64,000 nucleotides of DNA from Lingula anatina. Taxonomy: Eukaryota; Animalia; Brachiopoda. The notes beneath the pieces are model-generated. The model made no database searches and was not told the DNA's origin. It saw only the letters and a program-made list of their open reading frames with translations. The translations under genes and the position numbers were made by a program. Location of the stretch: NCBI GenBank assembly GCA_051362555.1, contig CM120642.1:1488001-1552000 (forward strand), in the 5' to 3' direction. Shown in pieces: positions 25,746 through 37,969 of the stretch; position 1 is the stretch's first letter; each line of letters opens with the position of its first letter.

Positions 25746-28700
25746 AACAACACATGAAAACATTAAAAACAAGGAGGTTACATTAATTCTATAAACCATA
25801 TATGTACAATGATGAGTGTTTTAAAGTTTTCCAACATTAGGCCTACACATTTAAATACAGTACTGAAGTCTGCTTTAACAATCAGTTGACTACGTAGACT
25901 GAGATATCTGGACAGTTATCCCGAGGACGGCAGCCTTTTTTAACCACTGGAAAGCAACATCAGAGACAATAAGAAGTATCTAGTGTTTAGTAAGCATTAC
26001 ATTACCCTCAGGATAATTGCCCAGAGGATAACAGTTTTATCTGATGGACGGTGTCATTCAGAGGCTAGCACTACCCAGTGTTGATGATACTGGGCCCTGG
26101 GGGTGGACTATTTACAGCACATCTGGCTATTGTACAGCCTTACAGTATACTTTATGGCACAAATGACTTTGGGGAATGGGTTATCATGTGAAAGTGTACA
26201 TTGAGACATTTTTCAGATAGAAGTAGCTTCATTAGATAATGGTAATTATTCATAATTGCGGTAGTAACTTTTCCATTTATGTCTCTAGGTGTGATGTTAG
26301 TCCATATTATCCCCTGTACATAATATGCTTTATTCATACTTTCTACCCCAGACTGAGCTGGTGAAAATGTACAGGCATAAATAGTTATAGTAGTAGTACA
26401 AAAAAATAAATGTTATTACCTATAGTAATTATACAAAAAAAGGACATGTTATTTATTTAGAACTCTTTCTTGGCTTGTTTAAATAACATTTTTCTTGTTT
26501 TGTCAGTAATACAGGAGAATGAACATTAAATAGCGCACACATTACTGATTGTAGAATCATAAAACAAAGCCATATTCTTTCTGTCTACAATAAAATTAAT
26601 TATTGAGAAATATAAGTTATACAGCCTTTTGTTTGCTTTCTTTTCTTGCTTTGTGACATGCTTTTTATGCACAGACACAGATGTGTCTGTGCATAAAAAG
26701 CGTGTCAGATTGAAACACAGGAGTGATCAATCTTACTAATAGAAAACTGGCCTTAATATTGAAACCAAAATTTAGTGTACTTTGTTCCCAAAAAAATTGT
26801 TTGTTTATTTAGATTTTAGCCATTGCATTTTGTTATATATCAAGAAAGGTGTGGCCAATGCTCCAGCCCAATACTAGAGCAGCTGTATTCAAGTTCAAAA
26901 GTAAGCTTAATTGGTTCAGTTTTCATGAAGTTGTACCTTTTTTGTGTAGAAAAGGTTTTTCCATCAAAATTAAAAAAAAAAATGTTACGAACTTTTCCTA
27001 AAATTACAGAAAAGATTTATGGGACCAATATAAAGATGATGGTTTATTTTTCTGGAAGTTATACAGTTTTTGTGAAATTTTAAATTTTTCACATATCTGC
27101 ATTTTTAAGGTGTGATTTTGAACTTCCATATACTTGAAGACCTTTGCTAGTCACATTTTCTGCTAAATAGGTTCCTTATTATTAAAAATTGATGATCATT
27201 ATGCTGTTCTACATTATGTAATATTGCATCAAAATTGAAGAAAATCTTATTTTGGGCACTGTTGCCATAGTGACCATTTAAGGAAAAACCCTGTCACTTA
27301 CTCTTCTCAAACTTAAAGGAAAGAAACGCAGGACTGAAATACAACTTCATTTAGAAAACCATTTTTTTTTTTTTTTTTTTTTGTGTGAAAATTTGATTTT
27401 TCACTTATCAGCATTTCCAAAGTGAGTTTGAGCTTACATGGGCTTGAAGACCTTTGCTAGTCACGCTTTCTAAATATCCATGATACTTATTTTGTTGTTA
27501 AAAATTGATGGTGATAATGCTGTTAAGCATTATGCAATAATTGCATCAAAATTAAGGAAAACCCTATTTTGGACACTGCTGCCATGATGACCAGTAAGGA
27601 AAAACTGTGTTACTTCTGATTCTCAAGCTTAATAGAAAGAAGAAACATGGGACTAAAATGCAGCCCGAGTTAGAAAAGGAGCTTATTGGCTTCTTTTTCT
27701 GGAAGTTACACATTTTGTGAAATTTTCATTTTTCACTTATTGGCATCTTCATTGTGGGAATTAGAACTCCCATGGGCATGAAGCCAAATGGTAATCAAAA
27801 TTCCTAAGTGTCCATGTTATTTATAGTAGAAATTTGAAAATGGGTGTTATTTATAGCATTAATTATTATGTAATATTGCATCAAATTTGACAAAAAACCC
27901 TCCTTTGTGCACTGCCACCACAAATGTAAAGTTATGTAAAGAAAACTGTCACTTATTTTTTTTTTTTATTTACAGGAATGATACTAAGGATTGACATACA
28001 GCTAAAATTAGAAATCTATGCAATTTGTTGTGAAATGTTTACTTTTCGTCATTCTGGCAGTATGAACTTGAACTCTCATGGGCCTGAAGCTTTATGCTTT
28101 TTACAAATTTTACTTCCATCAGTATAACATGTAGTGCAGAATTAAAATTTGTTGATTTAGCAGTTAAACAAAATGTATTATTGCATCAGAATTGACAGTA
28201 TTATATTTTGTGCATTATTATTTTCTGCTTTTTATCTGTACATTTGACAGCTTTGCTGCCTTGTTAATACTATTTTTGTCCACTGAAAATTAAAAGAGAT
28301 ATGTATTATTGTTACAAAATATTATCCTTGAGTAGACTAAAGTGAAAGTAAAGCAGATCTTTAAAGAGATAAATTGAGAAACTGGTCTCATGAAAAGAAT
28401 TCTAAATTTGGGGTTGGTCTGTCATGTTTAATTGGGGCCGTAGCGATAGTCCGAAGGTTCAATAGTCCGAAGGTTCATTGGTCCGAATGTTCACTATAGA
28501 ACCTTCGGACCAATGAACCCTTGATTAAAAAATCGATGAAAATGTTACCACTTTTCGGACCAATGAACCTTTGGACCAATGAACCTTCGGACTATCGAGA
28601 CGCCCCCGTCCAATTGCCACAGTTGAGAAAATACCTTTATTTTTTGTACTTTTAGGGTATCACCATGGGTGCTTACAATAATTAAATTATTTTGATTTGT

Positions 28701-28982
28701 ATTGTGTTAATTCCTTTAAACTCCCTTCTGACATACCCTTTTGTTGCCTATTGATAATAAGTATAAAATGGTAATGAGGGTTGTTGTTAACATTTTTCAG
28801 GTGCTGCAACAATCAATGGGAAAATATACGTACTTAGCGGCCATGATGGGGAGAACTCGTTTTTCTCCAATGTGGAAGAATACGATTTGGACACCGACAC
28901 TTGGAAAATAGTCCCAAACATCACGCTGCCATTTGGGAGGTGCCGATTTGGATGTGTGGCTATGAGGTTGAATCGCAAGTGA
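16729..28982 (+). CDS. Kelch-like protein (BTB-BACK-Kelch repeats; putative CUL3 adaptor). Exons: 16729-16789, 17105-17311, 17616-18211, 18426-18651, 18923-19030, 19546-19722, 19969-20045, 20616-20793, 28801-28982
   Basis: BTB ([31 protein letters not shown]), BACK (SNCLGIHCFAEAH...ENEEIVFDAVLSWVKH) and Kelch repeats with GG/Y/W signatures are present. Splice phases are compatible at every junction. The last exon (GAATINGKIYVLSGHDG...DTDTWKIV...RLNRK*) completes the final repeat. The first coding exon is less certain. Confidence 0.9.
19200..19565 (+). repeat. Degenerate ~93-106 bp tandem repeats duplicating the Kelch exon 6 acceptor (3 decoys + real site)
   Basis: ctAG|GTATgacaac-like motifs with the AG ending at 19243, 19336 and 19442, and the used site at 19545. 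Confidence 0.8.
20060..20118. repeat. (GATA)n microsatellite; an (ATTT)n tract lies at 19926-19965 just before the same exon
   Basis: Direct reading. Confidence 0.95.
20758..20966 (+). repeat. 53-bp tandem repeat x4 spanning the Kelch exon 8 donor
   Basis: The unit is agctgtctcctatgacagagaccaggtttgatgcag|gtaggtgcaatggtcac, with tgtctcc at 20761, 20814, 20867 and 20920. Confidence 0.95.
22989..25316 (+). CDS. Single-ORF C2H2 zinc-finger protein (775 aa; 14 fingers in 5+9 arrays; N-terminal ZAD-like C4 motif), nested in the last Kelch intron
   Basis: Uninterrupted ORF with many HTGEKPFKC linkers. The N-terminal CMVC-x~40-CCRC is followed by a predicted helix and an acidic linker. Confidence 0.92.
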   Translation: MNKGLSEVKSRESIMTTPYEVRSEETIGHEKELPSLGGDYINMFVQRQRTYLAEEKRILKEDVDDRNGFEKSDEEGQEGQQETSSEVEGISQEEASFIAASFQVTNETANSRRKDSKQIPKCMVCGPPKDNIKREYTKLSSCPDIEKEIRELLKILSPPDDSDVCCCRCLDFMKSYQTMKREIIALHIDAQLHVQLHDDDNHSGDSDSEELQLNNEGNKGHNPDKDVDMLIKHESIAIKSADEDDSVGEHVTSQKRFKCQYCDKTYTQKEDWRVHERRHTGEKPFKCQHCDKRFYRKYSCDQHEKLMHIDRPYQCKVCFKPFPTTKDCEEHESTHTVQRPYQCQYCDRSFDRKDAWIEHERIHTGERPFKCRQCGLDFIRNNSRVKHEKIKHGLFPVKKVNAKAKESEKKTSLEIRPYKCQHCDKTFNRVSEQILHERVHTGERPFKCEHCQKAFTRKSACLKHEYKHSVNFKPMDCSKCGKTCIGKKSLDYHMKTHRRPGEKSFKCGVCCKEFHSNFQLDEHERTHTGEKPFLCQYCTKSFAQKSTLLSHERTQHTGEKPFKCQYCEEHFPTRLSRSEHERFHTGEKPFKCDFCDKRFVRRANWREHVKNHMGIKPHVCSFCGKGFLNKQPCVIHERTHTGEKPFQCQYCDKRFIRKAKCNAHERTHTGEKAVKSGDKLRNLAKVHKNQHVDETLKSPNTTSDAGSFMSHLSENGSSSQHPDNSYVNQSSDNIFRNQQPELPCRAPYSNNVFPTPEVVYPGDNPFMYNMYMPGM
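26654..26707. repeat. Near-perfect palindrome, 26-bp arms with a 2-nt spacer
   Basis: tgacatgctttttatgcacagacaca-ga-tgtgtctgtgcataaaaagcgtgtca (one mismatch). Confidence 0.9.
26743..28210. repeat. Degenerate repeat region: a ~150-bp segment shared with 32572-32723, followed by ~4 diverged units of ~310-335 bp
   Basis: ttgaaaccaaaatttagt.tactttgttcc...ggccaat...attcaag occurs at both sites. ttgtgaaa...tgaagacctttgctagtcac...taatattgcatcaaaatt recurs at ~27070, 27380, 27715 and 28030. Confidence 0.7.
28434..28607 (+). mobile_element. Short non-autonomous element (GGGGCCGTAGCGATAG...CTATCGAGACGCCCCC family), copy 1
   Basis: Same termini and internal gaaccttcggaccaat repeats as the copies at 32378 and 55862. 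The flanks gtttaatt / gtccaatt look like a degenerate 8-bp TSD. Confidence 0.8.
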
Positions 28983-30050
28983 GAAATTGAATTCAGTGCT
29001 GTCTCTTAATTCATTGTATGTGCAATTAATTTTTTTGTTAAAAATGAACCTGTACTTTTCACATTGTCTAATTTCTTAGAGGCTACATTACTGCTGTGTG
29101 TCTCATAAAATGAGTTAAAGTAACTTATTACACAGTTGTAATTTTGATTTTGAGCATCCCTTTATCATAAAACCCAAATGTAGTGTTTATAACATAACAA
29201 CTTTTTTAATTGCAAAGTCCAGATAATATGCCTCTTATGATGCAGTTTTAAGCTGCCATTGGTTTAAAACTTATTTTTTGCCTGCTGCTGACTTGCATCG
29301 TCAAGAAAAAGTGTATTTTGCATTCAAGGCATTTTGATTGAAAATAAATTTTTAAGGTATGTAATGGGTTACAATAGAAATTAGTCATTTGACAATTTTA
29401 TGGTATTTTGTGTTTTGGCACGAGTTGGACTAAAACTGTCTGGGTGACATTGGCAGGATAGACACCTTGATATGACTCACTATGTGTCACATGTATAATC
29501 ATCCATACAACTCCTGGGTATAATCCAGAAAAGAACTGTGAACAAATATAAGTCACATGGGCAAACTTTGTTAATGTGCAAAACTTTTTTTATAGCTGCA
29601 CAATTATGTTTGATCTCTTATAAGTAGAATTTTTGACTATATCTGATATAATGATTTTATTTAAGTAATATTTTTTTTTTTTTTGCAAAAATAAGTGATA
29701 TGGAAAAATCAAAAGTAATTTGAGGGGTTGAAACACCAAAACAAAAACATCAACCAGAAGAAAGTCAATTGTTCCATGTTGGTAAGAGATTGGCTGAAGT
29801 AGATCATTTATAACATTAGCTGGGTAGTGTACCAGTACATGTATGTTTAACTGTATCAACAGAGAGACATGAAAATCATAACAATATTGCAGATAGAATT
29901 GACATGTTTCAGGCTCTGTATCTATCATATCTCTTTATTTATCTTATTATGATGGTAACCTGAGCTATCAGACCTCATAAATGATATTTGCTGCATGTTA
30001 CCATGAGCCTTAAATTTGAGGGCACATATGTATGCCCAAATTAAAGACTA

Positions 30051-30273
30051 AGGCCACAAATTAAGTACCCCAAACAGAAACGCAGAATTCCGTATTTTTA
30101 AATTCAATTTTTTGTGGTTCCTGAGATTCGCCTTATCTGAGATTCGGTAAATTTTCAAAGTTTTTTTTTAACCTATGCTCATATCTGCCCAATGTAAAAT
30201 TAGTCTACAGGAACAGAGAGGTTTGTGTATTGTAGCACTGTGGTCATATGTTTAGGCACTTAATTTGTGGCTT
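30051..30273. mobile_element. Possible old MITE with ~24-bp imperfect terminal inverted repeats
   Basis: aggccacaaattaagtaccccaaac versus gtttaggcacttaatttgtggctt (reverse complement aagccacaaattaagtgcctaaac). Confidence 0.5.
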
Positions 30274-32377
30274 GAATCATTAATTGGTCATTCCTGCTCA
30301 CAAATCTGATGCTAGAGTTTGCAAATGCCTAATCCAATTATAAGGCCTGGGTATGGAATAATCTGTGATGCACTACTTTTGTAAGAATTTTGTAATTTAG
30401 AACTAAAAAAAGGTAAATAGAAATTATAATTTTCTGAGCTTTGGGTAAAACAAACCTTGGTGATAAAGAAAATTTGGTGAAATTTGAAGGAAAATTCAGT
30501 GTTTGCTATACAAAGGTCTGGCAAGCATTTTGTTTCTTTCAGACTATTTATCTCTTAAATTAAATACTGTTGTTACTTTAAATGTCAAAAATTGCTCTTG
30601 GTTAAGACTGTCTAAACTCTTTTCAAATAATGTAATAAACTAATGTTGCATTTAATGAAGGATCTGAAAGGCCACATATCTCTTTCTTTAATGTAGCCCA
30701 TAGGGCAAATTATGGTTGTCATGACAATGTTATATGTGTTCTCAGTTTAGGTACAGTAATGGCATTGGTTAAAGCAATCTGACCAGTATTACATAGATCT
30801 CTTCACACATATAGAAAATTATCCATGTCAGAACCTGGTTGTAGAAATTTAGATTTGATTTTTAAAAAATTCATTTACTCATTATTATTATATAATTATT
30901 TTAATTGTGAAACAGGCCTTAAGTAATGTTTCCATTGTTATTATTCACTTAATTATTATTAAGGTCCATTTGAACTTAATTTAAGCACTTGCACTTCATT
31001 TTAATGGTGACTGCCTCCTATTTAGTGAGCACTTTCTGTCTCCTTATGTTTCATCTTAAATTGCCTCTGTTAATTGGGATAATATATATTTTTATAGTTT
31101 TTGTCAAACTCTATTATCCTAGTAAGACAAATCTAATAAGAACATTATTTGGCTGTTAAGTAGCTGCTTATGTTTTTATTGATGAATGTTTCTTAAATAT
31201 CAAAGATGTCAGAGATTATTTATCTTTAGAAATTATATGTTTACACAAATTAAAAATTTTGTTAAATTTTGATAGATTTAATAAATTTATGATATCAATA
31301 TGAGTAGGTGACTTTTTCTTTGTTCATGAATTATATAATAAGTTGAAATGAATTAACAAGTATGCATCTATGTCCTGGAATTAATTTTGTTGAACTTTCA
31401 TACAAAAGTGAAGAAATTATGGCAATCCTATGTAATGAAAGGCACATGAATAGATAATTATAAGGTTTAAAACAAATTTTTTTTTAGTTTCCAGAGTTGG
31501 AGATTTCTCTCTATGTAAAACGTATGATTTAGGTGCACCTTGAAATCGCCTCCTATAGGAGAATTAGTCGACCTTCGCCTAAGATTTCTTCTCAAAGCGC
31601 CCGCTTACAGAAGTTTATTTGTATGAGAAAATTATATATTTTAATTGACTTGTATTTTATATCTGCACGCCAACAGGGCACTTTGTTTACGGTTGGATTG
31701 AAGGGTATTATCGTAGTTAATGAATAGGGCGTTTCCGCTTATATATCTCAAATAGGCAGTAGAGATGAAAGGTACATGTAGCTTTAAAGGTAAGCTAGAC
31801 AACTGGAAGAAAACACGAGAGACGCTGTTGAAGTGCAAATGTTTATCAACCTGTCTCCCTAAATGCGTATTTGATGGAGATTGGAAAAACCAACAACGAC
31901 TTTGATGAACAGCTACGCCGCCCCAAGTTCAAAATGTTGATTACAAATTCATGTTAAGTAACCACATCAAAGATTAGAAACCAATGCACATGTCATAAAA
32001 ATATTTATTTATTGATATCAGTCGTCTTCGGTCCGCATATTTGCAACATAAGTTACTCTGAGATAATCAAATCATATTTATGATTTTCCACGCCCATAGC
32101 ACAATATCAATGTAAGTTTTACATTATATTATTAAAATAATGTAGACATTAAGCTAGCAGCACCATTTTGCTCACTCCCACCATTTGAGACAGACAATAA
32201 GATGAGTGCATTTTTTTCAATATCTGACATAATATGTATACACATGCGGAAGCAGTCGTTCAATAAATATATCTTGTTATGTTTGGAACATGTCAATCCG
32301 TCCTTGTTTTATCGCAGACCTTGGAGTCGGTAATTCTCGTGTTACGTCGGATCCGGTCGGCATCTTCAGAAACAAAC

Positions 32378-32520
32378 GGGGGCGTCTCGATAGTCCGAAG
32401 GTTCATTTGTCCGAAAAACGGTAACATTTTCATCGATTTTTTTAATCAAGGGTTCATTGGTCCGAAGGCTCTATAGTGAACATTCGGACCAATGAACCTT
32501 CGGACTATTGCTACGGCCCC
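32378..32520 (-). mobile_element. Short non-autonomous element, copy 2 (reverse orientation)
   Basis: gggggcgtctcgatagtccgaagg...cggactattgctacggcccc. No TSD is visible. Confidence 0.8.
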
Positions 32521-32940
32521 CTCAGATATAACCTGACCCCCAGGTGCCCCATCACAAAACAACTTCAGCCTGAAAAATGGCCTAAACAATTGAAACCAAA
32601 ATTTAGTATACTTTGTTCCAAGAAAAAATAGTGTCAGTTTAATTAGATTTAAGCCGTTGTGCTTGTCATGTATCAAGGAAGGCGTGGCCAATAAACTCCA
32701 GTCCCATACTAGCTCTATTCAAGATGATTACTATAAATCAGACCAAAACTTTAGCATGACAGTTTAGACCCATTTTCTAGCTAAGGTTCTTCAGTGAAAT
32801 CGGTCCAAGTATTGAACACACACACACACAGTAAAACACAGAAAAACACTGTTTACCGACTGGCATCATGTGACGATTATCAGGTAGCCAACAGTGCCCG
32901 AGAGATTCCAAAAGTATGTGCTTCTAATTTTTATTTATTC

Positions 32941-33294
32941 TTAAAAGATCGGATCACATCCAGGGCAAAGGTAGTAAGCGCCGGATTCTCCCGTGGGACA
33001 CACACAGTCATCCTTCTTATCACAGCAACTACTACTGCCATCGGTACCGCAAACATCTTTTATTACTGCGCACGCTACATCTTTGTCATCGGGTTTGATA
33101 TCGCAGCGCGGTATGTCCTTGTCTTCTGGATAATCCGGGGGTTTGCAGTTACAAGGTTTTCCTTCATCATCTTTAACGTAATTGCAGCATAGGTATCCCC
33201 CTTCTGCCTTCATATCGAACTTGCACAGCGGAAGATCCAAGGACGCCGAGAGAGTGGCGCACACACAGGTAAGAAAAACGATGAGACAAACCAT
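32941..33294 (-). CDS. Secreted cysteine-rich protein, 14-Cys family, copy 1 (117 aa)
   Basis: Hydrophobic signal-peptide-like N-terminus. The mature framework is C-x11-CC-x10-CxC-x13-C-x10-C-x6-C-x7-CC-x5-CxC-x10-C-x2-C. A tttgcag acceptor lies just upstream of the ATG, and three paralogues are in the window. Confidence 0.88.
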   Translation of the reverse strand: MVCLIVFLTCVCATLSASLDLPLCKFDMKAEGGYLCCNYVKDDEGKPCNCKPPDYPEDKDIPRCDIKPDDKDVACAVIKDVCGTDGSSSCCDKKDDCVCPTGESGAYYLCPGCDPIF

Positions 33295-36200
33295 GTTGCT
33301 TGTTGCTGCAAATGTTTAAATAATCCCATACAATACCATATGTGCATCGGGTAAGTAAAAGGACTAATCCAACACAGATTTTAGTCACTCAAATATTGTT
33401 CACTCTAATTTAATTTACTTTATATAACTTCATGGTACTGCCCTTAACACATTAAAAATCTGACTGGATTTTGTAAGATCATTTTTTTGTAGGGAACGCC
33501 AAAAATTAACGCCAAACGGGCGTAATGAAATCTACTGATTCGAATTTGCTAGAGGCAGTAGCAGTATTGAGTTAAAGTTTAAAAAAAAAAGATCTTTAAA
33601 CAGATTTTGAGAAATTTGAAGTAAGGTGTGTATTCTATGCCCTTATATATATATAAACATTGTTTTCTGCGTGCACTTGAGTACAGGACTAAGCGACCTA
33701 AACAGTCTCTCCTTCTGAATTCCTGAATCTAATATACAAATTGCTGCTTCATTATTCTTACATTACACATAACTGTCTTTCAGGTATGTCGCTAGACATT
33801 AAACGTGCATATCGTAGATATATGAGTTTAAAAAAAGAAGTTTCCATATAAGTTTCAATAGTTATAAAATAGGAGAGCGCCATCTTCATGTGTATTCCAA
33901 TGAGAACCTAAATTTCTTTATGATGTTGATCAAATACCAATACATATTTTACCTTTGTATTTCTTGCTCTCTTTTTCTCGTTTCTTTTTCGCTAGTTCTA
34001 AGCAGAGGTGTTAGATGTTGGAGTCAAATAACACTTTACATGGCAATATATACCTGTGGTTGCGGCCAATTAAATCTTTCAGTGGCATGTGATATATCTC
34101 AAAGTCCAGAGCCCCCATTGGCTGTGACTGCATTAAACTGTTTATTTTCTAAAACTGCATAAAAACATCATTTGCGTGGGCTGTGACGTGGATGCATGCA
34201 GAATTTGTGCTGATTTGGCTTAGATATGTATATGCGGGTGGAAAAACTTGGAAATCCATTAAGAGAGTTAATAATCCCTGTCTCTAAGAATGAGATACAT
34301 TTACAGTGCATTACAACTTGCAGAACAATGATTTCAGCCAGAAAAGTTCAAAATTATTTAAATTTTTCTTTTGAAATTAATTTCTTGACGGAGGATAACA
34401 ATAATGAGACGTTGGGTCTTTATAAATCGTGAAAGTAGCAGGTAAATATTATCTAGCAGCGTCAACTTTGGCCAAATACAGGCCTAAAACTTTAACATCA
34501 TTGCCCTTAACAAGGACTGACTGAGCTGCTGATCACATGCTGGTCACTGATGTACTCAATCCTTTTCTTTATTTGTCTCTAATTCAGTCAGCTAGTTAAT
34601 TTAGTTCGATCCGCCAGTCAATAAGTGATAGTTAATCAGCAGCTTGTCACTCAGTTAAAATTTGATCAGTTTAAAAGTTATGGATTCAGAGACAAGTATC
34701 TACAAATACCAACAGTGCCTGCTGCTATAACTAACGGTCACCATGGGAAACCACTGTAACAGCACGCGAACGTAAATCATCCGAGATACACCAAAGCAAT
34801 TTGACTTAGCGTTAAATTAAGTGAAATTTTGCGGAATTTTGAGGAGAGTGGGATAAGAAATAACGGCAGAAGTGCGGTGCGATTCCGAATAAAAAAATTC
34901 TGATTGTTTCCCCTTAGGTTCTCTCAAACTACAGTATACTGCCAAATATTTCAAATTCGCCATGTTTTGGAGGTCATTTTTGTATTACTTTCCAAGGAAA
35001 AACATTCCTGGCACATAGAGTTTCACCCTTATCACTGAATAGTTAACCCCAACTCACGCGGATTCTCGTTTTATTTTAGTCTCGTATGACGTCACGCGTG
35101 CCGACAGATTTTGCCCCTCATCTTTAAAGGGATACAATGATTAGAACACAAAAGCGGATTTATGGATCATGATTTTTTTCAACAGTTATTATGATATTTC
35201 TAACGTGGTTAAGGTAAAGTTGAAATTTCCAGGAAATCAAATGATAGTCAAAAAATCAAAATCTCAAAAGAGACAGAAGTTTTGAAATTTTATTAAAATG
35301 ACTTAATATATATTTTTGTTACAGATGACAAAAAAGTGGTGGGTTAAGACGTGTTTACTTATATTGTACGTGCACCATTGCATTCCTTATGTAAAAGTTG
35401 TGCTCTTTTCCTTTTTATTTTACATCTTATCTACATGTCACGTTTATGGATATTCCAATGACTCAAAAGCCGCTGTGTGCTTCACGTATTAGGTGCATAA
35501 TAGTTCCAATAACAACAACACTTTGATGAATTTGGTTTGTTTCCGATATGAAATTTATTAACCATCCCCTATATAATAACCATCTATATGGCAAGCACCA
35601 TTGTTTGTTTTGTTTGAGTGAACAGAGTGTGACATGAACTACAACTGAAGCGCTCTAATGTATATTGCATAAGAAAACCACATCTAAGAAGAATAGGGAC
35701 TCATCACGGCAACAATTTTAATGTGTAAATATTTGCAGTTCCAATGAACCTATTAGACCTTGTAAGGTCACCTCCTTTAAACTGTTTTTCTATAGTAATG
35801 TCAGAGAAGAATTTCGTCAGCTGTTATGTACTAAGAATAAAGCTGTTATTTTGTCTTCTGTCAACAGCTAGAATTGAAATCATTGTTTACCTCCAATATT
35901 TCGATGTCTATCTAGAAAATTTTCATCAAGACATGAGGCTATCCAGATGAACTGGTAGACTATATGTAGATAGACATTGAAATGTTAGAGTGTTTTTTTT
36001 CTCTCTCATCATATTGCGTCAAAATTACGTGTGTTTATTAACGTTCTTTAACATATATGCGATTTATATGGATTTTGATGTCAGAGTTTCTATATCATTT
36101 TAATACGTTCCATCCCATGCACTCTAAAAAAGCTCGTTCGAGAAACATTTACTAAAAATGAAGGACCAACAAAAAGGAAAATAGCGGTTGGTTGACCTCA

Positions 36201-36984
36201 AGTAGTTGTTAAAAATAACTTTACTTCAACAGATATGTAAAATAATGGAGGAATAAACACCAGACGACGCTAAATAAACACGTAGTAAATCAATTTAACT
36301 ATCTTTTATTGGTATTTTATGAGAATTGACCCAAGTTAAGTACATTTTGATGAGTACATCTAGCCTTTTGAGTGCTTAGTTGTGGTTTACAAGGTGTAAA
36401 TTATACATGTAAATACAAGTTACCTACTGGGAGTTAAATTCAAGTAACAAAGTATGTGCCATACAAAGTGTTTCTTAAAAAGTGTTTCGCATGACTTAGA
36501 ACTAGAACTTCTGGTATTCGTTGGCATGGACTCCCTTTGAATTCGAGGAAAGGGCTGGGGTTTGGTGTTTATCCTCTCACAAGTGCATATAAATTGATCA
36601 CAATTTTTAGACAAGAACAGAAAGCAAATATATACATACGAATACACCCTGGTACTACCATACTACCCCAAATATAATTTCCGCCTTTCGAGTGATTTCA
36701 CCCAATTGCCGTGATATGCAATAACGAATGGACTTTCCTAAATCAAGACACGTGCACTAGATGGTTATATAGGCCTAATTATTTTGTAAAAATAACTGGT
36801 TGCCTGTTCTGATTGTATGTGAACACTACTGCAGTAGTAAACAAGGTTACAATAAATTTATAAATTTTAAAATACAAGTTAGTACAGGTATTTACTGTCA
36901 TTTAAGGATTAACGAATTACATGTTAGAATGTTATAAAAGATTCCCCAAGAGCATAAATTCTTTAAAGGCCTTCTTGCTCATTT

Positions 36985-37335
36985 TCAAAACTTTATTTGG
37001 CAGTTGTTACAAATGAAGTAAATGCCTGATTCGGTGGGTGGGCATTCGCAGTCGTCCTTTTGGTCGCAGCAGCTGAAGTATTTACGTGGCCCGCACATAT
37101 TCGGTATGGTTTTGCAGTATTTGTCCTTTGCTGCGTCTAAGGTACCGCAGATTGGCAAGCGTTTGTCTTCCGGGAAGTTTGACGGCTTGCAGCTGCAGGG
37201 GGTATCTTCGTGTTTCACGTAGTTACAGCAGAGATAGTCGCCATCTTCTGTCATATCGAACTCGCACTGTGGGAGCTGATCCGACGCCACCATTGCCGCA
37301 CAGACGCAGGCAATAACGATCAGGTGGCGGAGCAT
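36985..37335 (-). CDS. Secreted cysteine-rich protein, 14-Cys family, copy 2 (116 aa)
   Basis: Same Cys framework and ESGxY(Y/F)xC motif, with tttgcag|gaacaaacgctccaccATG. Confidence 0.88.
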   Translation of the reverse strand: MLRHLIVIACVCAAMVASDQLPQCEFDMTEDGDYLCCNYVKHEDTPCSCKPSNFPEDKRLPICGTLDAAKDKYCKTIPNMCGPRKYFSCCDQKDDCECPPTESGIYFICNNCQIKF

Positions 37336-37969
37336 GGTGGAGCGTTTGTTCCTGCAAATGTTTGGTTTAATACATAAGATTGTTGTTTATTTGCTCGTTG
37401 TTCTCTCCCGCATAAAAAAATTAACAAATAAATAAAGAAATGAAGTGGCTTTAACCAAAACATCATTCTAAATAATCTAATCTAACTATATTTAAGAGAA
37501 TACAACTATATTAGGCAGAATGAAATTTTACTTTAAGGCAAAGGAATTTTCTTAGTTAAAAACCAAGTGGGTTATGTCATTGGCTACCAGAGCATAATAT
37601 GCAATGTTTATAACATTGAATATGCATAATTTTTGAAAAAATGTCAAAACAAACAAGACTGAACATGGAAAACGATGCAGAAAATGCGTTTAAATATTGT
37701 TTTTCTTTTTTTCTTTTTTTAATGAATATAGAAGGTAAGGTTTTACCACATTAGTCATTGTCCGGTGTCAAAACTACGTGTAAATTAAATCTGTGGTATT
37801 TCGCAACATTCGTCTGAATCCCATACCTTTCACTTTTGCAAGCTGTGTTATAAGTCTGGTTATTTTTTGAAGACAAATCAAAATAGAAATACCATGAGCG
37901 CAAAACATTTAACGGACCCCAGTTTCTTAAGACAACTTTGAGAGGACTGCAGTACACTGAAAATCTTAC

